From Octopus vulgaris (Eukaryota), in assembly GCA_951406725.2 (NCBI GenBank), contig OX597835.1, positions 31,806,001-31,870,000 on the forward strand: a DNA stretch of 64,000 nucleotides. Direction: 5' to 3'. Under the pieces are notes generated by a model that saw nothing but the letters and a program-made list of their open reading frames with translations, was not told the origin of the DNA and did no database searches. The stretch's first letter is position 1. Each line of letters opens with the position of its first letter. Positions 52,356 through 64,000 of the stretch are shown here, one piece after another. The position numbers and the translations under genes were made by a program.

Positions 52356-53495
52356 TCTTTATATATATAAAACTGAAAATGTGTGTGTGTGTGTCTGTCT
52401 GTCTGTGTGTTTCCCTAAAACTTGAGAACTACACAACCAATTTCATTCAAATTTTACACATGCCTTACTTAGGGTCCGAGGAGTGTCATCGACAAAGAAA
52501 TTTTTAACTTTTTGCCTAGGGCGAGCCCACAGCAATATCATATCTTCTCCACTACGATTCCCTAAAACTTGAGAACTACACAACCAATTTCATTCAAATT
52601 TTACACATGCCTTACTTAAGTTCCATATAGTTTCATTGGCAAAAAAAATGTTCAACTTCTTGCGTAGAGCGAGCCCATAGCAATATCATATCTTCTCCAC
52701 TATTACGTGTTAAAAGTGAAACAAAAACATTTCTCTATTTTATGTCAGATACTTTCACTTTAACAATAAAAATAATAATAACAATTGAATTATATGTAGT
52801 AAGTAATAATTAAAATCAAACTAAAGTATAATATAATCGTAACATAACAAAAAAAGTAAAAATAGCAATTGGTATAAATTGCATCAATGACTTGAACTTG
52901 AATAAGTGGTTTCACATGAATGGGAATAAATTAAAAATAAAATTAGCGTGCAGAAATGGAATAGTCTAGATGGATAATAATAAATTAAATTAAAGAAAAG
53001 CCTATTGTCTATAAAGTATACAATGTAGAGAAAAAAGATTTGAACATATGGAGGAAAGCACCTTCGAAGGCGGTAAATTCTCCACAATAGAAGCAAGGTT
53101 CGAGTCAACGGAGCGTGCAAGGAAGTACTCGACTCGAACTTGCAAAGTGGAAATATTTTCTTTTTACCTTTATATCTGGGACGTAGGACGTTCCGGAAAA
53201 AAATTTTTAATGCCCCCCCCCCCAGAAGTAGAGGTAGGCTGGATTGCAGCCACACTTCTATACAAGAGGGAGGACAAGATACAATTGATCGAAATTACAA
53301 GAGACAGGCTAACAATTCCAGTCTGTTATATATTTTGAGTATTGTTATCACTAGCGATATCAAGATATAACTTTGTATTTTGTATTTTATGTGTAGATGT
53401 ATAAATATAGATGTACATGTAATATGTACACATATATATACGCATATATACATGCACTAGCACTATGACCCGGCAACGACGGGTCTTTAATGCTA

Positions 53496-53496
<1 letters not shown>
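52356..53496 (+). mobile_element. non-autonomous Helitron, copy 1
   Basis: 5' TC after A, (CTGT)n near the 5' end, subterminal hairpin GACCCG-gcaacga-CGGGTC, 3' CTAG followed by T. Internal duplication of about 145 bp. Confidence 0.9.
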
Positions 53497-53533
<37 letters not shown>

Positions 53534-53538
<5 letters not shown>

Positions 53539-53838
53539 TTGATCACGTGACCGACCAGACCATCAAGTGTTGTTTCACATCGCTGGTCACAATGCGTTCA
53601 CATTGTTTTAGCCTTTGAATGACGCCACTCTGCTTGCTAAGCGAGCAGGCTAACAGAAGAAAGAGTGGGAGAAAGAGTGGTGAAAGAGTACAACAGGGAT
53701 CACCACCCCCTGCCGGAGCCTTGTGGAGCTACTTTAGGTGTTTTCGCTCAATAAACACTCACAACTACCGGCCTGGGAATCGAAACCGCGATCCTACGAC
53801 CGCGAGTCTGCTGCCCTAACCACTGGGCCATTGCACCT

Positions 53839-53842
<4 letters not shown>
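53534..53842 (-). mobile_element. SINE family A (tail 1)
   Basis: Homology to 8931-9247. Confidence 0.9.
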
Positions 53843-53886
<44 letters not shown>

Positions 53887-54151
53887 GTATGTATGGATGG
53901 ATGGATGGATGGATGTATATATGTACACACACATCTATAAACGAAAGGTTTCTTTCTCTTTTAGTTTAATACATCCACTCACAAAGCTATGGTCTGTCCG
54001 AGGCTACGATAGAAAACACTTGCCTCAGGTACCACTCATTACAAATGAACCCAGAAACACGTGACTGGGGGACAAAATTCTCACCACACAACCACACCCG
54101 TATATACACACAAACACAAACACACACACACATACACATACTCACTCACTC

Positions 54152-54200
<49 letters not shown>

Positions 54201-54224
54201 CCAACGAGGGTACGGACGCCGCTA

Positions 54225-54380
54225 TATATAAATATGTAGAAAAATACAAACTGGGACAAGAACGTAAAACATTTAGAAGACGATACAAAAAACACGGACG
54301 GGACATTCGAAGCCCTCCGTGCTTTTTGTATCATCTTCTAAATGTTTTACGTTCTTGTCCCAGTTTGTATTTTTCTACAT

Positions 54381-54388
<8 letters not shown>
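54225..54388. mobile_element. fold-back element in (TA)n (about 73-bp arms)
   Basis: TGTAGAAAAATACAAACTGGGACAAGAACGTAAAACATTTAGAAGA mirrored. Confidence 0.8.
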
Positions 54389-54427
<39 letters not shown>

Positions 54428-54429
<2 letters not shown>

Positions 54430-54605
54430 GGTCCCGGGTTGAGTCGGGGTTAACCACAGTAAATAAGGTACTCAATACATAGAGTAAAGTAATTTATTTT
54501 ATAGAAGAAGCTTCTACAGGACTAAATTTGTTTCATTCAGATGAGCTTCCTGAAGATTTCATCTGAATGAAACAGTTCTAGTCCTGTAGAAGCTCCTTCT
54601 ATAAA

Positions 54606-54607
<2 letters not shown>
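54428..54607. mobile_element. fold-back element in (TA)n with hammerhead-like centre
   Basis: Arms 54496-54544 / 54559-54607. CTGAAGA-tTTCAtcTGAAt-GAAA-CAGTTC-TA. Confidence 0.6.
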
Positions 54608-54672
<65 letters not shown>

Positions 54673-54704
54673 TAGAGAAGACTAGACTAGACAAATAGAC
54701 AGAC

Positions 54705-54815
<111 letters not shown>

Positions 54816-54930
54816 CAGACAGATAGATAGATAGATTGATAGATGGACAGACATACACTTACACACACTTACACACACAGCATTTATTGTGCACAAGGCC
54901 CATGTCAGTCATTGAAAAAGATACAAGAAC

Positions 54931-55049
54931 TGTTAGTTTCAATTAAACGATATTTGGTGTAAAATTTTTCGTTGCACCAGCTGTGTAGTAACCAGGCCGC
55001 AGTTGGTGCGACGGAAATTTTGGCACTAAATATTTAAGTAAAGTTAACA
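54931..55049 (+). other. long G-U-rich hairpin (pre-miRNA-like geometry)
   Basis: 34-bp upper stem (54950-54985 / 54998-55033) with 6 G-U pairs, no A-C mismatches and a 12-nt loop. Confidence 0.5.
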
Positions 55050-55906
55050 GTTTTTGCGTATTCGAGAATTGCTAATTTCATGCTTTCCAGGCTTTGATTG
55101 TTTCAGCTTCAACAACACGGTCTCTGATCAAATCACTTGAGAGATAATTACATCTTCGAAATATATGTGTGTATGTGTATGGGTTTTTTTCTGTGCTCGT
55201 GTGTGCGTGTGTGTCTGTATGTGTGTGTACGTGTGCAGCACAAGCAGATGTTAGAGTAAGCCTTAGTGATGTAAATTTTGTTATGAGGAACAAATGGGAA
55301 AATGCTGATGTGAGAGTTAATGATTATGCAGATTTGCAAGGCATTCGATTTCTAGTGTTAGTTATCCTGAGAAAAGAATCCAAAAGTAGGGAGCTGCAAG
55401 ATCGCTTGATATGTTGCTCACTCTCACACTCAGTTACAACATTCATTTTGCACGACAGCAAAGCTTAAGATTTCCACTAAAATATATATTAGCTTAGTTT
55501 TATACACTAAAATCGGTAGAGAATTCGGATTTTCCCTGGGGTTTCCCAGAAAAGATATCACTTGTGTTTTTGTTGGCGATGCTTTCAGTTCATTTGATAA
55601 TTTCAGAATGTATTGCCGTTACAGATAACACGAAAATTAGTATAAATGAGCACGTGATCAGGAGGAACAAAAATAAACAAATGGAGTGATAAAATATATA
55701 ATCTGTATTTTAGTCTCATTGTGCACTTACAGAAATGCTGTTTTTACTCTGTGAACGTGTGGAAAGGACCTTGCTTCCTAACGACATGGTTCCGGGTTCA
55801 GTTCCATTGCGTGACACCTTGAGCTAGTATCTTCTAATATAGCCTCGGCCCAACCAAAGTCTTTGAGTCGATTATGTATATGGAAACTGAAATGAGTCCG
55901 ACTTTA

Positions 55907-55941
<35 letters not shown>

Positions 55942-55952
55942 ATATCTATCTA

Positions 55953-55995
<43 letters not shown>

Positions 55996-56454
55996 GCATT
56001 TATATATATATATATTTATTTATATAATGGGCATTACTATACATAAATGCCTCACGCTAGGAAGGACACTTATAGTAAAAAACTAACCATAATAAACATA
56101 TTATACCGAACGCGAGGAATGCAACTCTCAAAGCGTGCCTTTTAAAAACAGATTCAGCTGCAGATCATATGATTTCATAATTAGTGAACAAAATGCACTT
56201 TTTAATCTTCAGTGCAAGCATAATCAAGACATAGCAAAATGAACAAAAAATCGACATACCAGACGAACACCACATGTATCCAGCATAGTACGTAGAATTG
56301 TTCACACTTATATATCTATGTAAGAGGCGGGATTTTCGAATTTATTCAGTGCTGAATTTTATTCTGAATAAACACGTGTGCCGAGATGCAATTCGAAACA
56401 CCCGAACCCCCATACGTCGTCTAACGACGGGAGAGTCCATGATATACTTGGAAC

Positions 56455-56506
<52 letters not shown>

Positions 56507-56679
56507 ATAAAATTTATACTCTCGTATACGTGTTTGCAGCCATTGTCAGAAAACGAGGACTAGAATACTACAAGAAGCATACCATTATAATATTGAAAAT
56601 ATCTATAAAACCGTCAAAAGCTTGTTATTTTTGTTTTTTTTTTATTATTAGTGGTAATTAATATGTTTTGCTAATTTTC

Positions 56680-57178
56680 TGGCCCTTTCTCATCTTGTAT
56701 GATGAATACCAAATGTCATCATGCACTACCTGCCTGATAAGTAACCCAGATTTTCTCATGTCCTAGGACCTGATTGATTTGGAGGGATCATTGTCAATCA
56801 TGGCCTGGATTTCACCAACAAATTTAGGAGTTTTTTTTCTTATCAGAACGATCAGAGGGAGTTTTCCGAGCTGCTGTCCTTTCGCAGTCACCATTAGACT
56901 CATCCAACTCTTTCTGATATTCCTCTGCACTGTCACGAGATTGACACCCAAACACTTTGAAATGTTCGTATTGGAGCTCCCAGTGTGAATGCCAAGCAGT
57001 ACGGGATGTCTTTTTTTCAAATGTCTGGCTGACTGAACTGTATCATGGAGCTGTTTTTCACATAGACGGTGCCCAACTGACACTATTATACTGTGTAGTC
57101 AACAAAATCAAGAACAAGGTGCATGCGCATGAAATTAAAAATATAATATGGCGAAAATTTACACATCGTACATTGTAT
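56680..57178 (-). mobile_element. Tc1/mariner-superfamily transposon 5' fragment (HTH region), decayed
   Basis: ISKCLGVNLVTVQR, TPKFVGEIQAMIDNDPSKSIRS, then LIRQVVHDDIWYSSYKMRKGQ. Confidence 0.75.
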
Positions 57179-57180
57179 AT

Positions 57181-58357
57181 ATTTTATATATATAAAACTG
57201 AGAATGTGTGTCTGTCTGTCTGTCTGTGTGTTTCCCTAAAACTTGAGAACTACACAACCAATTTCATTCAAATTTTACACATGCCTTACTTAGGGTGCGG
57301 CAGTGTCATCGACAAATATTTTTAACTTTTTGCCTAGGGCGAGCCCACAGCAATATCATCTTCTCCACTACAATTCCCTAACACTTGAGAACTACGCAAC
57401 CAATTCCATTCAAATTTTACACATACCTTACTTAGGGTCCATGTAGTTTCATGAGCACAAAAAATATTCAACTTATTGCGTAGAGCGAGCCCATAGCATT
57501 ATCATATCTTCTCCACTATTTCAGTATTACGTGTTAAAAATGCAACAAAAACATTTCTCTATTTTATGTCAGATACTTTCACTTTAACAATAAAAATAAT
57601 AATAACAATTGAATTATATGTAGTTAGTAATAATTAAAATCAAATTAAAGTATAATATAATCGTCATATAACAAAAGTAAAAATAGCAATTGGTATAAAT
57701 TGCATCAATGATTTGAAATTGAGTAAGTGGTCTCACATGAATGGGAATAAATTAGGAATAAAATTAGCGTGCAGAAATGGAATAGTCCAGATGGATAATA
57801 AAAAATTAAATTAGAGAAAAGACTATTGTCTATAAAGTATACAATGTAGAGAAAAAAGAAGATTTGAACACATTGATGAAAGCACCTTCGAAAAGTGTCT
57901 TGGTGCGACTATGAAAGGTATCTAATCAGAGGCGGTAAATTCGCCACAATAGAAGCAAGGTTCGAGTCAACGGAGCGTGCAAGGGAGTACTCGACTCGAA
58001 CTTGCAAAGTGGAAATATTTTATCTTTACCTCTATATCTGGGACGTAGGACGTCTTGGAAAAAATTTTAAATGCCCTCCTCCCCAGAAGTAGAGGTAGGC
58101 AGGATTGTAGCCACACTTCTATACAAGAGGGAGGCCAAGATACAATTGATCGAAATTACAAGAGACAGGCTAACAATTCCAGTCTGTTATATATTTTGAG
58201 TATTGTTATCACTAGCGATATCAAGATATAACTTTGTATTTTGTATTTTATGTGTAGGTGTATAAATATAGATGTACATGTAATATGTACACATATATAT
58301 ACACATATATACATGCACTAGCTCTAGGATCCGGCAACGACGGGTCTTTAATGCTAG
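57181..58357 (+). mobile_element. non-autonomous Helitron, copy 2
   Basis: Colinear with 52356-53496; same 3' hairpin and CTAG/T end. Confidence 0.9.
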
Positions 58358-58534
58358 TATATATATATATATATTTGGGGTTAATTTATATTTTCGTTAT
58401 TTTTCATTTGTCCTGCTCGCTTACGTTTTATAGTGTTCTAAATTCTTCTCGAGAACAATTCTTAGTGGTTCAGAAACTTGTGGATTTATTTTTAGCGTTA
58501 GAGTGTCCACATAGTGGATTCTCTCTCATATTTG

Positions 58535-58948
<414 letters not shown>

Positions 58949-59968
58949 ATGATATATATATATATATATATATATACATACACATATACATATATATATA
59001 TACGTATATATATTAAACGTACACGCGTGTGTGTGTATTATGTGCACGCGTGCGTAATTGTCAGCATAGGCGAAAGTATGAGACATAGAAAAGGAGTTTC
59101 ACTATTATTTTACATGGAATGTTTCTGTGTATCATATTACATTTGTAAAAAAAAAAAATTAAAAAGAAGAAAAAGGAAGAATAAATATTAACTTCAGAAC
59201 TTAATAGGAAAGCGTGACAAAAATCGATTCTCAAAAATCAGCAATATATGTTATGTCGGCAAATAATCCATTAAATGCCACCCACACCGAAATATAGTCG
59301 CATGCTACGAACATTTTTGTCTACACAGATAAAAATAGAGTTTAGAGATCAAAAGAAGGAATATATAAACTAGACGAAATATATGCAAAAATAATCGTTT
59401 TTTAAAACTTTTAACATAATATAATAAATATTCTTTAATCGAAAGACAACAACATTTTAGTTTTGCTAATTCTTCCCGCTCTCGATACACATAACTAACG
59501 ACAGCCATGACTAAATCTGCATATATGCATGCTTATATGTATATCTATGTCTATATCTGTATCTATAGATATTTACGTGTACACACACACTCACACACAC
59601 ACACACACACACACAAGACCCACAAACCCACACACTTACATACACATATATACGTATATACAAATACAGATATACATTTTATACATATATGCAGATGTCT
59701 ATACATATATGTACATATACATGTGTGAGCATATATATATATATATTTATATAATTATATACGTATACACATACATATATGTATAGACAGATGGATATGT
59801 GTGTGTAAATATAAATAGATAGATAGAAAGAGACAGTGAAAGAAAGGAAGAAAGAAAGAAAGAAAGAAAGAAAAATGAAAGAAAAAGAGAGTGATAAGAA
59901 AGCTTGGCAGTTAAATTATGTTGGCTAGATAGATAGATAGATAGATAGATGGAAGGATAGATAGATGG

Positions 59969-60003
<35 letters not shown>

Positions 60004-60086
60004 GATAGATAGATAGATAGATACATAGATAGATGGATAGATAGGTAGATAGATGGAAGGATAAATACATATATATATATAGATAA

Positions 60087-60117
<31 letters not shown>

Positions 60118-60149
60118 TATAGATAGATAGATAGATGGATAGATAGCTG

Positions 60150-60188
<39 letters not shown>

Positions 60189-60595
60189 GGAAGGATAAAT
60201 AGATAGATACATACTTATATACATGCATGCATACATACATACATACATACATACATACATAATATGGGAGAGTGTATGAGATGAAGAAAGATATAGATAC
60301 GCAAAGAGCTTAAGCCGAGTTTTGTGAAACGATATTCTTATCAGAAACGTGAAGGTAACTGTATTAGATGTGGATATTTAATGCTTGTAATATTAATTGT
60401 CATATCACGTTCAGGAATGGAGATATCACTAAATAGATTATTAATCGAATACGAGGTTTCAGGAGTTTTATGATAACAAGCTCATAAAAAAAACATGTTA
60501 ACCGAAAAAGAAAGTCTTACAAAGATACTCACTAACACGGACACACAGACACAGACCCCCATACACACACTCACATAGACCGCCCCCATATATAA

Positions 60596-60741
<146 letters not shown>

Positions 60742-60748
60742 CATATAT

Positions 60749-60864
<116 letters not shown>

Positions 60865-60958
60865 ACGGGAAGCTTTATGAAAATAAACAAAAGACGAAGG
60901 CAGGTGGAAAACAAACGAACAATTGTATTAGTATGGCGCTCAGGAAATATAAATAAAG

Positions 60959-60996
60959 TCTTTAACGTTTCGAGCCTACGCTCTTCAACAGAAAGA
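60959..60996 (-). ncRNA. minimal hammerhead-like motif (A6U variant) within TA-flanked element 60865-61063
   Basis: TCTTT-CTGTTGA-a-GAGC-gtag-GCTC-GAAA-CG-TT-AAAGA. Confidence 0.65.
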
Positions 60997-61564
60997 TACA
61001 CAGAGAGAGAAAAACACAGAAAGAAGGAGAGAAAAAAATGCGTGCAGTAGCTAACGAATCAACATATATATATACATCATCAGCGTAGGACTTACATATT
61101 ATGAATAATATATATATATAAATTTGGTAGGTACACACACATAGAAGACATCACCTCATACTCATGGTATCAGAGCGATATATATAGCCGTATACCATGT
61201 ATCACCATATATATCATATATATGTGAATATATATATATATACATATATATGTATGTCACCAATATCCTACACCAGCGTGCTGCCAGGATATATATATAT
61301 GTGGTTATCTACTGTATGGATGAAATATGGTTATCATATATATAATATATATGTATATATAATATACATATATATGTATGTATATATATATATATATACA
61401 TTATATGTTCACCAAGTATGATTTCGGCATGTATAATATATATATTCGAGGAAGGTATATAAGTAACACTAAGTAATTAAGGGTTTAGCAACGATTTGCC
61501 TCACCACACACCGAATTTAGAAATACACATATATACATACATATATATATATATATATGTTGGA

Positions 61565-61945
61565 TTGGAAGCACTCCGTCGGTTACGACGACGAGAGTTC
61601 CGGTTGATCCGATCAACGGAACAGCCTGCTCGTGAAATTAACGTGTAAGTGGTTGAGCACTCCACAGACACGTGTAACCTTAACGTAGTTCTCGGGGATA
61701 TTCAGCGTGACACAGAGAGTGACAAGGCCGGCCCTTTGAAATACAGGTACAACAGAAACAGGAAGTAAGAGTGAGAGAAAGTTGTGGTGAAAGAGTACAG
61801 CAGGGATCACCACCATCCCTGCCGGAGCCTCGTGGAGCTTTAGGTGTTTTCGCTCAATAAACACTCACAACGTCCGGTCTGGGAATCGAAACCGCGAGCC
61901 TACGACCGCGAGTCCGCTGCCCTAACCACTGGGCCATTACGCCTC

Positions 61946-61948
<3 letters not shown>
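61565..61948 (-). mobile_element. SINE family A (tail 2), full length
   Basis: A/B boxes. Head shared with 8931, tail shared with 35460 and 38335. Confidence 0.9.
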
Positions 61949-61989
<41 letters not shown>

Positions 61990-62094
61990 CACAAAATTAT
62001 TAATTAATCTTAATTATATTTAATTTATATAAAAAATGTTATGTATTGGATTAAGTCTTTCTTTGTTTCATTTGCATAATCATGGTTTTGTCTC

Positions 62095-62132
<38 letters not shown>

Positions 62133-62165
62133 CATATATTGATATATGCATATATATATATCCCC

Positions 62166-62226
<61 letters not shown>

Positions 62227-62286
62227 CATATATTGATATATGCATATATATATATATGCCCATATATATATATACTTATATATATA

Positions 62287-63533
62287 TTGGTAAAACGGTA
62301 AGATAACAAAAGAAAGAGACCTCAATATTATGTAAATAGAGGAACTTTATCTATACAATAATATGTTACATTACTCGATAGTCAAGATAAAACTCTGAGT
62401 TTCAGATGCCGAAGTGGGAATCCACGACATCTCTTCGGGTATCTGGCTATTTGAAAACGCTATGAAAAACTACCGTTATACAAAGGGAAATTACTGTGTT
62501 ATAACTCTGCTTGCCTACGTACTTATACATCGCTCGCATTTTTCGCCATAAAAATTATATAAAAATGCATAAAAAATATATGAAAAATATATAAAAATAT
62601 ATAAAATGTGTGATGAGATAAAAGAACCTTCTTGGGACATAACATAGAAAGCATGTTCTATCTGTTTTCTTTAGGGGACCAAAAACGTAACAGAAATGTG
62701 TCACATATGGGCATGATCCGAAAAGTTCCGTCCTTGCGTTTAGACATGAACAGTTCTGTTTAGACACAAGTTCTGTCCTTGTGTTTAGACATGAACAGCT
62801 GTTTTCTTGTTGTGTTTTTTGTATGTTATGTTTGATTATGTTCATGCAGGAATAAAGAATTGTGCCCGCTAAATGGAGCTTGCATGTCCAAGACCATCAT
62901 ATATGAAGCTACCGTAGACTCTATAACCACTAAAGACACCGTTTCGACGAAGATAATACGTGGGCCTTACAGAGGGTAACTTCAAGGCCAGATTCAATAA
63001 CCATACTTTGAGCTTTAGGCACTGGAACAAAGAAAAGCGACACAATTATCTAATCATATTTGGTCTTTAAGAGATAAAGGTGTCGATTATAACATTCATT
63101 GGAATATTTTGGCCAGATGTAAGCCCTATACCAACGGCAGCGGAAGGTGCGGTCTATGCGACATGGAGAGATGGCTTATCTGGAAAAGCAGCTTAGACCC
63201 TACTACATGTCTAAACACAAAGACAGAACTTTTCCAATCATGCCCCCATGTGACTAAATTTCTGTTACGTTTTTGCTCCCCTAAAGAAAACAGATAGAAC
63301 ATGCTTTCTATGTTATATCCCAAGAAGGTTTTTTTTACCTCATCACACATTTTATATATTTTATATATTTTTTATATATCTTTTATGTATTTTTATATAA
63401 TTTTTATGTCGAAAAATGCGAGCGATGTATAAGTACGCCAGATAACCGAAGAGATGTCGTGGATTCCCACTTCGGCATCTGAAACTCAGAGTTTTATCTT
63501 GACTATCGAGTAATGTAACATATTATTGTATAG

Positions 63534-63535
<2 letters not shown>
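62287..63535 (+). mobile_element. Penelope-like element fragment (second GIY-YIG type) with inverted pLTR in front
   Basis: 62840-63297 reads CPLNGACMSKTIIYEATV..YVGLTEGNFKARFNNH..LSNHIWSL..CGLCDMER..CLN...ELFQSCPH (frameshifted). 62350-62745 is the reverse complement of 63205-63535. Confidence 0.9.
63441..63498 (+). ncRNA. hammerhead ribozyme motif (U4C, extended stem II); mirror copy 62386-62443 on -
   Basis: GATAA-CCGAAGA-GATGTCG-tggattcccactt-CGGCATC-t-GAAA-CTCAGAG-TT-TTATC. Confidence 0.7.
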
Positions 63536-63604
<69 letters not shown>

Positions 63605-63660
63605 CATATATATACACACACACACATATATATATATATACTTGTATATATACATACACT

Positions 63661-63711
<51 letters not shown>

Positions 63712-63712
63712 A

Positions 63713-63965
63713 AGGCGCATGGCTCAGTGGTAAGAGCGTCGACCTTCCGATCGCGAGGTTGTGAGTTCGAATCCCGGACCAGGATGTGTGTCGCGTTCTT
63801 GAGCAAGACACTTTATTTCACGTTGATCCAGTTCACTCAGCTGTAGAAATGAGTTGCGACGTCACGGGTGCCAAGCTGTATCAGCTATCGGTTACCCCTT
63901 GGATAACACTGGTGGCATGGAGAGGGGAGGCTGGTACTGCTGGTCTTCCATAAACAACCTTTCTA
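63713..63965 (+). mobile_element. tRNA-derived SINE family D (CORE-like central block)
   Basis: A-box TGGCTCAGTGG, B-box GTTCGAATCC, TTCTTGAGCAAGACACTTTATTTCAC core. Confidence 0.88.
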
Positions 63966-64000
63966 GGTGCGGTCGTGAAAGATACATATAAATGTAATTT

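Noticed and set aside
53048-53338. 96-aa ORF in Helitron
   Set aside because: Frame not conserved in the second copy (indels, early stop); not RepHel-like.

Overview
AT-rich, microsatellite-saturated eukaryotic DNA. The SINE families and repeat texture suggest an octopod cephalopod genome (inference). No host protein-coding exon could be supported, and nearly all ORF-track entries are simple-repeat artefacts. The window is a mosaic of transposable elements. LINEs: three R4/Dong LINEs in (TAA)n arrays (one with an uninterrupted 414-codon N-terminal ORF missed by the ORF track), plus RTE, Tx1/L1 and CR1-type fragments. Other elements: two kinds of Penelope-like (GIY-YIG) fragments, Tc1/mariner remnants, a MITE, two non-autonomous Helitrons and several modular tRNA-derived SINE families. 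The strongest hidden signal is about a dozen minimal type-I hammerhead ribozyme motifs, mostly in short, (TA)n-flanked, often fold-back Penelope-derived elements. They include natural C3-G8, U3-A8 and G3-C8 versions of the catalytic-core tertiary pair, and one sits downstream of a tRNA-like Pol III head, a candidate Penelope-mobilised SINE. All structures were read by eye; nothing was folded or searched computationally.
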